Assembly: GCA_963827275.1 (NCBI GenBank)
Contig: CAWHAA010000008.1
Coordinates: 416,001-480,000 of the forward strand
Direction of reading: 5' to 3'
From: an uncultured Spirochaetota bacterium
GTDB taxonomy: Bacteria > Spirochaetota > UBA4802 > UBA5550
DNA length: 64,000 bases
How positions within the stretch are numbered: the first letter of the stretch is position 1; each line of letters opens with the position of its first letter. The notes below the pieces were generated by a model, which searched no databases, had not been told where the DNA came from, and was given only the letters and a program-made list of their open reading frames with translations. A program made the position numbers and the translations under genes. Positions 38,788 through 48,174 of this stretch are shown here, piece by piece.

Positions 38788-40557
38788 TCAGCTTTCTTCA
38801 ATTGCGGTTTTCGTTGAAAAGGTGACGGGCGCCTGGTCCCGCGGCGTGCTGTTTTTTCTGTATTCTTCCGGGGTCATCTTCATTATTTTTCTGAACACCC
38901 GGTTGAATGTCCTCAGGCTGTCAAAACCCGCTTCAAAGGCTATGGTGATAATGGTCGCATCTGATTCAAGAAGCTTCCTGGTGGCGGCATTGATCCTGAG
39001 TTCGTTGATGTAATCGCCGATGCGCATGTTCGCGTATATTTTAAAAAAGCGGCCAAGGGTGTCGGGATGTATGTCAACCATGGCGGCAAGTCCCTCGCGG
39101 GAGATGTCCTCGGTGAAATTTTCCCTGATGTACCTGAGCACCTGCTCAATCCTCTCGTCCGCGCGATCGATGATCGCGGCGGGAGCGGTGCTGCGCCTCG
39201 CGTCGCATGACTGTTCCAGACGCTCTTTCAGCATGGTATTTTGCGCGACAAAGCTCTCGACGCTGGAAGCAAGGATCCTCATCTCTCCCATGACGCGGTA
39301 ATAACTGGAGACCAGGCTCATGGTTATGGCGAACAGCAGCGGCAGCGAACCGAAGTGGGCAATCATGTAACCGGGGATTATCCATCCATAGTCAATCCGG
39401 GCGAAGCGCATGAAGCTGAGCAGCCCGTCGTGGATACATCCTATAAGGAATATGATATCGAATAGCGTGAAATAAAGCGGGCACCTTCGTTTTTTTACCA
39501 GCATGACGAGATTGATGGTAAGATTGTACAGCCCGAGGCTCAGAGTGGCGGCGATGAAGAGGATGCCGATTGTCCTGAGATTGTTTTCGTTAATAAAAAA
39601 CAGGGCAAGCGCTGCCGATGCCATAAAAAAGTAGAAACCGAAATACCTCTCGACTTTCTCACGCTTGAGATGGTAGAGCCGGTGCAGAAACTTCTGGTGC
39701 AGGACGGTAATGCCCCCCCACGCCAGTCCCAGCACCAGATATCTGGTGAGCAGGCTGCCGTACATGTCCCAATAATTACACCCGTCCAGGATAATCAAAA
39801 ACATACAGCAGAGCTGGAGACAGTAGAAGAGGGAATCCCGGGAGTTGTGGCCTTTTACCATGAAATAGAGGAATGCCAGGAAACAGGGGATCCCGGCCGC
39901 GATGAACAAATAGGGAAGTATGATCAAGAAAAAATTACTCAGGACCCTGCTCTGCTCCCACTCGGTCATGTTCGTGAGGCCCAGCGTGCCCTGGACCTCC
40001 CCGCTCAGATTATATGACAGCCGCACCGCAATGACATTGGCGCCTCCGAAGCGAATGACGGACCTGGGCACCTGGTAATGGCGGGGATGGTTCCACATGG
40101 AGTGTTCCGCCGGCGGGAAGTCTCCCAGCCCGCCGATCTTTTCGCCGTTAAAGAAGACTTCATCCGCGTGGGCTATCCGCCCGAGGATCAGGCCGATGTC
40201 TTCCCGGGGAACGGCGCTGTCGATAAAAACGGTTTTTCTCAGCCACAGAATGCCGGCATTTCCGCCGCCGCTCCTGTCTATTGTCGGCATCAGGTTGCCG
40301 GGAAGATCCACCGCTGTCCATGTTGAATCGTCATAATCAGGAGCGGCATATGCCTGCACATCTTTATTGCGCATCTTCCATGGGCCTGCCAGGCTGACTC
40401 GTGTTGCTACGGATGTTACCTGTACCTGGTCCCGGGATTCTGAAAGAGGATACGCAGGATTCGACGCGAAGTGAAAGAAGATACACAGCGCGAGAATAGC
40501 GACAGCCTGGTAACGTCGATCATGTAAGTTACGACTGAATACTTTAAATTTTCCCAT
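38788..40557 (-). CDS. Second membrane-bound AraC regulator, paralog of 31056-32786
   Basis: Same architecture; HSMWNHPR, YINELR, GFDSLRTFNRVF. Confidence 0.88.
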   Translation of the reverse strand: MGKFKVFSRNLHDRRYQAVAILALCIFFHFASNPAYPLSESRDQVQVTSVATRVSLAGPWKMRNKDVQAYAAPDYDDSTWTAVDLPGNLMPTIDRSGGGNAGILWLRKTVFIDSAVPREDIGLILGRIAHADEVFFNGEKIGGLGDFPPAEHSMWNHPRHYQVPRSVIRFGGANVIAVRLSYNLSGEVQGTLGLTNMTEWEQSRVLSNFFLIILPYLFIAAGIPCFLAFLYFMVKGHNSRDSLFYCLQLCCMFLIILDGCNYWDMYGSLLTRYLVLGLAWGGITVLHQKFLHRLYHLKREKVERYFGFYFFMASAALALFFINENNLRTIGILFIAATLSLGLYNLTINLVMLVKKRRCPLYFTLFDIIFLIGCIHDGLLSFMRFARIDYGWIIPGYMIAHFGSLPLLFAITMSLVSSYYRVMGEMRILASSVESFVAQNTMLKERLEQSCDARRSTAPAAIIDRADERIEQVLRYIRENFTEDISREGLAAMVDIHPDTLGRFFKIYANMRIGDYINELRINAATRKLLESDATIITIAFEAGFDSLRTFNRVFRKIMKMTPEEYRKNSTPRDQAPVTFSTKTAIEES

Positions 40558-40844
40558 ACAAGTAATTATAATAAATTAAATATTTTTATATTTTATTTTT
40601 TATATGGGATGGCGGTATGTCTTTTACCGACCAGCCGGCCGGTTTGTTATATTAATACACTAATTCGTCTGATAATGTCTGGCCACTTTCAGAAACATCT
40701 GAAACTGGCCATTTACAATATTTGTACTCAGATTCAAAAGCCTGATATTGTTACATATTCAATACTCTACTTCACCATGGGGGGCAGGTGGGGCGCCTGA
40801 GGAAGCGGAGATACATGACGAGTTATGAAGTGGTATGCAGCGGT

Positions 40845-42062
40845 TCAGCCTTTCAGGCGTCTCAGCAGCATGAAGACGTCGTTGTCATCCATAATCGTTG
40901 GTACGGGATAGGGGATGCACTCGCGGTGTATGGACCGCGCAATTTCAGCGAAGTCCTGCTCCTGGAGCTCCGGGATGGTCTCGCCGATGCCGTAGGCGCG
41001 ATTGAGGCCCCGTATAGCTTCGATGAAGGCCGCCGCCTTCTGGGGGTCGCTCATGCCCGGCTGTGACGCGTTGATGACATCGGCAAGCCTGGCGAGGCGT
41101 CGGTGGACCTTTGCGCCGTAGTACTCGAAGACGAGCGGCAGGACGGCGCCGATCACCCTGCCGTGCGGGAGGTCATACATGCCGCCGATCTTATGGGCAA
41201 ACGGATGGACATAGCCGGTCAGCGCGCGGTTAAGGACGATGCCGGCATAATAGGAGGCGAGAAGCATCCGGTTCCGTGCCTCGATGTCCTTGCCGTTTTT
41301 GCAGGCCCGGTCAATATTCCCGAATATCATCCTGACCGCTTTTTCCGTGTAGGAATCGGTATACGCACAGTGGGCGCCGCCGATATAGCCCTCGGTGGCA
41401 TGGGAGAGGGCGTCCATTGCCGTGACTGCCGTGATGAAGGGCGGCAGGCCGAGCGTGAGCTCGGGATCAAGCACGATATAGTGCGGGTGGATGAGAAAAT
41501 CGTTGACTGTGTATTTTACATGGGTTGCTGGATCGGTGACAACGGCAGCGCTGGTGGTCTCTGCGCCCGTGCCGGCGGTCGTCGGCACGGCGGCTATGCG
41601 CGGCAGTCTCTTTGGGACGGGCAGCATGATCTTGAAGTAGCCGCCCATCCTGTCCGCCGTCAGTCCTGGCCTCGCGACCCTTCCCGCGACGACCTTGGCG
41701 CAGTCCATGGAGGAGCCGCCACCGAACCCGACAACGGCGTCGCAGCCGTTTTTCAAATACTGCGCATACGCGTCCTCAATGTTTTCCACGGTGGGGTTCG
41801 GCTGCACGCCGCTGTATATCGCGTATGGCATTGTGATGGCATCAAACCCGGCAAAGAGACCTTGAAGCAGGTTTAACCTGATCAGCACGGAATCGGTTAC
41901 AACGAGCGGCTTTTTGATCCCCTTCGCCCGGAGCAGGGCGGGAAGTTTTTTAACGCTTCCCGGGCCCTCCAGGAGCACGCTTTTCTGCGGGGGCATGAGA
42001 TAATACGAATAGGCCAGGGTTGTTTTCAGGGCCCTGAGAAGCGGTTTTCTGAATGGTATCAT
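40845..42062 (-). CDS. Iron-containing alcohol dehydrogenase
   Basis: GGGSSMD, PTTAGTGAE, DALSHATE, H...H(PHG) metal ligands. Confidence 0.93.
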   Translation of the reverse strand: MIPFRKPLLRALKTTLAYSYYLMPPQKSVLLEGPGSVKKLPALLRAKGIKKPLVVTDSVLIRLNLLQGLFAGFDAITMPYAIYSGVQPNPTVENIEDAYAQYLKNGCDAVVGFGGGSSMDCAKVVAGRVARPGLTADRMGGYFKIMLPVPKRLPRIAAVPTTAGTGAETTSAAVVTDPATHVKYTVNDFLIHPHYIVLDPELTLGLPPFITAVTAMDALSHATEGYIGGAHCAYTDSYTEKAVRMIFGNIDRACKNGKDIEARNRMLLASYYAGIVLNRALTGYVHPFAHKIGGMYDLPHGRVIGAVLPLVFEYYGAKVHRRLARLADVINASQPGMSDPQKAAAFIEAIRGLNRAYGIGETIPELQEQDFAEIARSIHRECIPYPVPTIMDDNDVFMLLRRLKG

Positions 42063-42190
42063 CCTGTGGCCCCCTCTGTAATTTTAAACATCAGGGTGAT
42101 TGTAACAATATCATTTGTCAATGCTAATATTCAGGGCAAGGCGTTCCGCGCCAGAGTGTATTTTTTTGGATAAAATTAATCTTTTTTTTA

Positions 42191-42249
42191 TTGACAATAA
42201 CAAATGAAATGAGTAGGTTTAATTGAGATTTGGTTGGTCGTCCAATTTA
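42191..42249 (+). promoter_or_regulatory. Catabolic-cluster promoter and operator copy 1
   Basis: TTGACA-N17-TAGGTT followed by TTGGTTGGTCGTCCAATTTA (42230-42249). Confidence 0.7.
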
Positions 42250-42352
42250 AATATTGGACTCAAAATTAAATAATAATTATCATCAATTTATTCGCCTTTT
42301 GTGTGGAGTATCGAGGGAACTGCCCATGAGCCGGTTTTTGCAAACTATTATA

Positions 42353-42372
42353 TTGGTTGGCCGTCCAATCAA
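42353..42372. promoter_or_regulatory. Palindromic operator copy 2
   Basis: TTGGTTGG-CCGT-CCAATCAA. Confidence 0.7.
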
Positions 42373-42442
42373 CACTCTGACCGGCGTTGTGGCATGCTAT
42401 GCATTGACGGCGTTCTTTTAAATCCCTGGCCGGCTGGTACCT

Positions 42443-42992
42443 ATGCTTCTCAAAGGCTGTCTTCATGTCCACACCACCTGTTCCGACGGGAAACTGTCGC
42501 CGCAGGAGATGGCTGACGCGTACGAGTCACGGGGGTATGATTTCCTGGCGTTCACGGACCATGACTACCTTTTGAAGCCGAACTACCGTGAGATGTACGA
42601 CCGGGTTAAAACCGGCATGATCATTTTTCACGGCATGGAGATTACGGTGTATGTCAGGGGCTACCTTCACGTGGGGCAAATCGAGGGCGACGGCGAAACG
42701 CTGCGCATCTTCAACCATATAGGCGAATATAACATGTCGCCGGAGCAGGTGCTTGAGCGGCTGGCGGTGCTGGAAACCATGTATCCCCTCGATGCCGTTG
42801 AGATAACGACAAAGGGATTCCGCGATGCCGCGTTCGAGTCGCTGGACCTGCGGTACCCGAAAATCGCGTCCGATGATTCGCATACGCTGGTGGGCGTCGG
42901 GCGGGCATGGGTGGAATTGGACGCCGCGCGCGAGAAAGATTCAATACTGAGGGCGATAAAAGAAGGGAAAATTCTGGAACTGCTATGTTTGA
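42443..42992 (+). CDS. PHP-domain metallo-phosphoesterase; probable 1-nt insertion near the 3' end
   Basis: LHVHTTCSDG, FTDHD, NH, DDSH; removing one A at 42968-42971 gives ...EGKFWNCYV-stop and removes the overlap with the next gene (uncorrected ORF ends 43096). Confidence 0.85.
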
Positions 42993-43080
42993 TCATACAC
43001 GGCAGCGCAATACTACAAGATATCATGAAGGAGGTTCAGCGTGATCCTTTATTTTTTCAGCACCAACAGGAGGATTGGCA

Positions 43081-44226
43081 ATGGGTAAGAGAATAGCGGT
43101 CTGCGCCGTCGCGCAGATCAAAAACGAACCGGCATACAACCATATGCGCTTCCAGAACATGCTGCTCGAGTGCTTCGAGCCGATCATGGAAGAGACCAAG
43201 GTCACCTTTGACATGGAGAAGGGGATCAGGAACATCATCACCTGCTCGGATGACGTGTTTGACGCGCGGACCATATCCAACAACGGCATCACCGACGTGG
43301 TGGGCGCCCACTTCCGCGGGGAAGAGAAGATGGCCCAGGAGAGCATCAACGGCCTCGGCTACGCCATGGCCTGCATCCTGAGCGGCCATGACGACGTGAT
43401 CCTGTTCATGGGCCACTGCAAGGAATCGCAGGGAGAGAGCAGGAGAATGGCCACCAACCTCGCGTACGACCCGTTCTACTGCAGGCCCCTCGGCATGGAT
43501 TTCCAGAACGCGGACGCGCTGCAGGCCAGGGCATACATGGAAAAATCAGGCGTCACCGACAGTCACCTTGCGAAGATAGTGGCGCGTTCAAGGAAAAACG
43601 CGAAGAAGAACCCCTACGCGCGGGAAAACAAGCTTGTCGATGAAAAAGAAGTCATGAATTCGCCGATGTACCTTGATCCGCTCCGGGAACTCCACGTGTA
43701 CCCGGTCACCGACTGGGCGTACGGGATGCTGCTCTGCTGCGAGGAGCGCGCCAGGGAGTTCACGAAAAACCCGGTCTGGATCACCGGGTACGGGAGCTGC
43801 ATGGACCGGTATTTCCTCGGCGACCGGGACCTTTCGTCGAACTTCTCCCTCAGGAACGCGGCCGAGCGCGCGTATGCAAAGGCGGGGATCAAGGACCCGA
43901 GAAAAGAGGTGCAGCTGTTTGAATTAAGCGACCACGCAGCGCACCAGCTCCCGATGTGGGCCGAAGGCGTCGGCATAGCGGAGGAAGGCAGGGGCGGCAC
44001 ATGGATCGATGACGGCGGCATGGACACGTTCAACGTGAACCTGTCGGGCGGCCAGCTCAATGGCAACCCGCTCCTCCTCGGGGGCGCGGCCAGGGCCATT
44101 GAATGCTACTACCAGCTCTCCGGCCAGGCGGGCGAGCGCCAGGTCAAGGGCGTCAGGAAAGCTGTCGCCCAGGCGGCAACCGGCGGGGCAGGCCAGCACC
44201 AGGCCGTCATAGTTATGGAAGCGTAG
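43081..44226 (+). CDS. Thiolase-fold protein, Ltp4-like (no nucleophilic Cys)
   Basis: SDDVFDARTIS, NAKKNPYA, NLSGG..NGNP, RQVKG. Confidence 0.85.
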   Translation: MGKRIAVCAVAQIKNEPAYNHMRFQNMLLECFEPIMEETKVTFDMEKGIRNIITCSDDVFDARTISNNGITDVVGAHFRGEEKMAQESINGLGYAMACILSGHDDVILFMGHCKESQGESRRMATNLAYDPFYCRPLGMDFQNADALQARAYMEKSGVTDSHLAKIVARSRKNAKKNPYARENKLVDEKEVMNSPMYLDPLRELHVYPVTDWAYGMLLCCEERAREFTKNPVWITGYGSCMDRYFLGDRDLSSNFSLRNAAERAYAKAGIKDPRKEVQLFELSDHAAHQLPMWAEGVGIAEEGRGGTWIDDGGMDTFNVNLSGGQLNGNPLLLGGAARAIECYYQLSGQAGERQVKGVRKAVAQAATGGAGQHQAVIVMEA

Positions 44227-44238
44227 GGAGGTTTGACA

Positions 44239-45438
44239 ATGGCACACAGGAAGAAAAACAGGAATGTCGGCATAATAGGCATCGGGCAGACGAAGCACTC
44301 CAGCCACCGCGAGGACGTGAACCAGCCTGAAATGATACACGAGGCGGTCAGCCTGGCGTTGAAAGACGCGAACCTGACCATGAAGGACATCGACTGCATC
44401 GTCCATGGCAACATGGAGCTGTTTGAAATGATCCATCAGCCGGACATGTGGCACGTGCTGGGGACCGGCGGGTACGGCAGGGAGTGCATCCGGATCACCA
44501 CCGGCGGCACGGTCGGGGCGACCATCTCCTGCGCGTCGGACAACCTGGTGGCGTCGGGCATGTACGATATCGTCATGGCCATCGGCTTCGAGAAGCAGCA
44601 GGAGGGGCACACCACCGGCGGCATCACCAACATGGCGGACCCGCTCTGGTTCCGGAAAATCCAGGCGGGGGCGCTCACCGGCTCCGCGGCGTACGACGTC
44701 GAGCGTGAATTCGGGCTCGAGCGGGCCAACAAGGCGTCGCTGACCTACCGCATCATCATGGACAAGCACGCCGGGCTCAATCCCAACGCGCACCGCTCCT
44801 TCGGCCTGGACTTCAGCCAGATCGACGACCTCATCAAGAGCTCTCCGAAGCTCGTCGGCGACCTGAAGCTCATCGAGATGTGCTCCCAGTCGGACGGCGC
44901 CTGCTGCGTCATCTACGCCTGCGAGAAAAAGGCGAAGCAGCTTTCAAAGAACCCGGTCTGGATACGGGACCATATCACCAAGCACAAGGAAGAGACCTTC
45001 ACCATCTTCGGATACGACAAGAAATACCCCTGGATGATGACGCATAAGGTCGCGGCGGCGGAGCTCTTCAGGCGGAACGAAATCAAGAACCCGCTGGAAT
45101 ATTTCGACGTGTTCGAGATGTACGACCCGGCGACCTGGTGGGCGATGGACTGGATCAGGGACTTCTTCGCCCTGAAAGGCGACGAGCACCTGAAGCTCAT
45201 AGAGGACAGGGAGATCATGATCGGCGGGAAGATGCCTATCAACCCGTCAGGCGGCGTCATCGGCTCGAACCCGATCGGCGCGACCGCGCTGATACGCGTG
45301 GCCGAGGCGGCCCTGCAGGTGCGCGGCAACGCGGGCGGCCACCAGATCCCCACCCCGGTCAACCACGCGCTCGCCTCGGGCTTCGGCGGCACGATGTGGA
45401 CGGTGCTCACGATGCTCGAGAAGGAACTTAACTGGTAG
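44239..45438 (+). CDS. Thiolase-fold protein, Ltp3-like (no nucleophilic Cys)
   Basis: GIGQT, ITTGGTVG, FEK, SDGAC, NPSGGVIGSNPIGAT. Confidence 0.87.
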   Translation: MAHRKKNRNVGIIGIGQTKHSSHREDVNQPEMIHEAVSLALKDANLTMKDIDCIVHGNMELFEMIHQPDMWHVLGTGGYGRECIRITTGGTVGATISCASDNLVASGMYDIVMAIGFEKQQEGHTTGGITNMADPLWFRKIQAGALTGSAAYDVEREFGLERANKASLTYRIIMDKHAGLNPNAHRSFGLDFSQIDDLIKSSPKLVGDLKLIEMCSQSDGACCVIYACEKKAKQLSKNPVWIRDHITKHKEETFTIFGYDKKYPWMMTHKVAAAELFRRNEIKNPLEYFDVFEMYDPATWWAMDWIRDFFALKGDEHLKLIEDREIMIGGKMPINPSGGVIGSNPIGATALIRVAEAALQVRGNAGGHQIPTPVNHALASGFGGTMWTVLTMLEKELNW

Positions 45439-45448
45439 GAGGAGAACA

Positions 45449-46639
45449 ATGGCGGAATACTGGGGAATAAAAGTAGAAGATATATTCAACTCGATGAAGG
45501 AACGTTTCCGTCCCGAGGGAGCCAAGGGAGTCGACGCCGTGTTCGGCTACGACATCAAGGACGAGGGTAAATGGAAACTGACGGTACGGAACAATGAAAT
45601 GAAGCTGGAGAAGACCGATGACCTGTCGGGCGCTGTGGCGACCATGAAGGCCGACGGCGAGACCTTCGTGGGCGTCAACACCGGCAAGGTTGACGCGGCC
45701 AACGCCTTCATGGGCGGCAAGGTCAAGGTCGAGGGCGACATGGGCGCCTTCGGCAAGACCGGCAAGCTCTTTCGCAAGTATGTCATAGCGCCCAAAGCGA
45801 TGACGACGAAGGATTACCTCGCGGACATGTTCGGGACGATCGTGGCGCGCTTCAAGCCCGATGATGCCGCCGGCGTGGACGCGTCATTCGCCTACGATCT
45901 CGGCGGCCCTGACGGCGGGAAGTGGACCGTGTTCGTCAAGGACAAGACGTGCACGCTCACGACGACGATCGAGGGGAAGCCATCGGTGACCCTCGAGTTC
46001 AACGATGCCAGGGATTACGTCGATTTCATACTGGGAAAAATCGACGCGCAGAGCCTCCTGGCCGCCGGGAAAGGATCGGCAAAGGGAGACATCAACCTGA
46101 TTCAGACCAAGTGGCCTGTCATGTTCGAGAAATACAAGGACCCGATGGGCAGCGCCGTTCCCGAGCAGGAGCTCCTGGTGCTCAAGAAGATCATCTCGGT
46201 GAACCAGAAGTACGCGACCGGCCCGGTCATGGGCAAGTTCCTCAAGGGCCTGAAGGAGAAAACAATATTCGGGAACCGGTGCCCGAAGTGCGGGCGGATG
46301 CAGCTGCCGCCGCGCGAAGTCTGCGCCGAGTGCCGGGTGCGCGCCGCCGAGTTCGTGGAGGTCGGGCCGAAGGGCGAAGTCCGGTACATGGACATCGTCT
46401 ATTACGCCATGCCTGACCCGCTGACCGGCATTGCGCGCGAGACCCCGTACGGGGCCATCAATGTCCTGCTGGACGGCTGCAAGGGCAACGAGACCCTGCC
46501 GCATTTCATACGGAAGGACCAGATCGAAAAGATCCAGATGGGCTGGAACGAAAAGAAGGGGACCCGGGTCCGTCCCGTGTGGGAGGACAACCGTATCGGC
46601 GATATATGGGACATCAAATACTTCGAGATTGATGAGTGA
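45449..46639 (+). CDS. SCP2-SCP2-DUF35 (Zn-ribbon/OB-fold) fusion
   Basis: Two F(R/K)P..A.GVDA.F.YD units, AFMGGKVKVEGDM; CPKC...PPREVCAEC, GTRVRPVW. Confidence 0.85.
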   Translation: MAEYWGIKVEDIFNSMKERFRPEGAKGVDAVFGYDIKDEGKWKLTVRNNEMKLEKTDDLSGAVATMKADGETFVGVNTGKVDAANAFMGGKVKVEGDMGAFGKTGKLFRKYVIAPKAMTTKDYLADMFGTIVARFKPDDAAGVDASFAYDLGGPDGGKWTVFVKDKTCTLTTTIEGKPSVTLEFNDARDYVDFILGKIDAQSLLAAGKGSAKGDINLIQTKWPVMFEKYKDPMGSAVPEQELLVLKKIISVNQKYATGPVMGKFLKGLKEKTIFGNRCPKCGRMQLPPREVCAECRVRAAEFVEVGPKGEVRYMDIVYYAMPDPLTGIARETPYGAINVLLDGCKGNETLPHFIRKDQIEKIQMGWNEKKGTRVRPVWEDNRIGDIWDIKYFEIDE

Positions 46640-46650
46640 GGAGCAGGGAT

Positions 46651-48078
46651 ATGACAACAAAGCAGATGAAAGGATTTGAAGACAGCTATATCGTTGAAGG
46701 CAAGATGGCGCTTCCTTATTCTTACTTCGCCGGCCGGGTCGGCAGCAAGTTCATCACGACCATCCGGGACCAGAAGAAGATCATGGGGGTGAAATGCCCG
46801 ACCTGCGACACGGTGTACCTTCCGCCGCGGCAGGTATGCGATAAGGATTTTACCGATATCCGCGACAACTGGGTGGAGGTGGGCAATAGCGGGACGGTGA
46901 CGAATTTCACGGTGGTGCGGTATGACGACAGGCACCTGCCCAGGAAGGCGCCCTTTGTCCTGGCCCTGATCAAGCTGGACGGGGCGACCACCCCGTTTGC
47001 GCACATACTCGAGGAATGCAGTATAGAGGATGTGAAGATCGGCATGAGCGTGGAGGCGGTGTTCGCCAAGGAAACGACGAGCACCATACTCGACATTGAT
47101 CATTTCAAGCCGGCCGCGGCGACACTGTCTGTCCATGAGCGCAACGCGGCCCGGAAGCAATGGGTTCCGGAGGAAGAGCCGGAGACACAACATCAACGGA
47201 AAGGGGGAAGACCGGACATGTCAAAACCAGTAATAATCACCGCGGCGCTCACCGGTGCCGCGACCATGAAGAACCAGAACCCGAGCGTGCCGTACACGCC
47301 GGCCGAATTCGCGGAAGAGGCGTACAAGTGCTGGAAGGCCGGCGCGGCCATGGTGCACGTGCACGCGAGGATGGACAACGGCTTCGCGACCGAGGACCAC
47401 GAGCGCATACGGACGACCCATGACGCCATCAAGCAGAAGTGCCCTGACCTCATCGTGAACCTGAGCTCGGCGGTGGGCATGGGCAAGACGGCGGAGCAGC
47501 GGATCAGCCAGATCGTGGCGGTCAAGCCGGAGATGGCGTCTCTCAACACCAATACGATGAACTTCAGCATCATCGACCGGAAGACCGGCAAGATCTTTAT
47601 CGATTACGTGTTCGAGAACACCTTCACCATGCTGCAGGACTTCGGCAGGGCGATGGAGGAGAACGGCGTGAAGCCCGAGATCGAGGTGTATGACATGGGC
47701 GGGTTCGACAACACCATGCTGATCGCGAAACAGGGCTTCTTTACCGACCCGATGAACTTCAACTTCGTGTGGGGCGTCGCCGGCGGCCAGTCGTTCAGGG
47801 CGGATTCGTTCATCGCGCTGATGAACGCGCTGCCGCCGAAGGCGAACTTCACGACCTGCGGCGTGGGCACCGACGAGTTCCCCGGCATCATGCAGTCCTG
47901 CCTCCTGGGCGGGCACATGCGGGTCGGCCTCGAGGACAACATCCGTATGCCGAACGGCGAGCTTGCCAAGGGAAGCTACGAGCTGGTCGAAGTGGCCGTC
48001 AGGGTGGCCGATTGCCTCGGCAGGCCGGTTGCGACGCCGGCGGAAGCGCGCGCGATCATGGGACTGAAGAAGAAGTAA
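46651..48078 (+). CDS. DUF35 fused to beta-keto acid cleavage enzyme (BKACE/DUF849)
   Basis: CPTC..YLPPRQVCDKD and OB-fold; from 47218 VIITAALTGA, VHVHAR, KPEIE, MRVGLEDN. Confidence 0.88.
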   Translation: MTTKQMKGFEDSYIVEGKMALPYSYFAGRVGSKFITTIRDQKKIMGVKCPTCDTVYLPPRQVCDKDFTDIRDNWVEVGNSGTVTNFTVVRYDDRHLPRKAPFVLALIKLDGATTPFAHILEECSIEDVKIGMSVEAVFAKETTSTILDIDHFKPAAATLSVHERNAARKQWVPEEEPETQHQRKGGRPDMSKPVIITAALTGAATMKNQNPSVPYTPAEFAEEAYKCWKAGAAMVHVHARMDNGFATEDHERIRTTHDAIKQKCPDLIVNLSSAVGMGKTAEQRISQIVAVKPEMASLNTNTMNFSIIDRKTGKIFIDYVFENTFTMLQDFGRAMEENGVKPEIEVYDMGGFDNTMLIAKQGFFTDPMNFNFVWGVAGGQSFRADSFIALMNALPPKANFTTCGVGTDEFPGIMQSCLLGGHMRVGLEDNIRMPNGELAKGSYELVEVAVRVADCLGRPVATPAEARAIMGLKKK

Positions 48079-48086
48079 TTAATGTT

Positions 48087-48138
48087 GCCTGCCCGCATGG
48101 AGGCGGGGTCACGTGACCCCGCCTCCATGCGGGCAGGC
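48087..48138. repeat. Perfect 52-bp spacerless palindrome
   Basis: GCCTGCCCGCATGGAGGCGGGGTCAC|GTGACCCCGCCTCCATGCGGGCAGGC. Confidence 0.97.
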
Positions 48139-48174
48139 CGGGCATCATCACGTGCAATACCGAGGGAGAGCTCA

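Noticed and set aside
24230..42062. Minus-strand block as a defined mobile island
   Set aside because: Parts look AT-richer, but no integrase, tRNA target or boundary repeats are visible
40743..42113. 13-bp inverted repeats around adh as transposon ends
   Set aside because: No transposase or target duplication seen; both lie in upstream regions, so a regulator site is more plausible
42993..43096. Long C-terminal extension of the PHP protein
   Set aside because: Overlaps the next gene's RBS and start; explained by a one-base insertion
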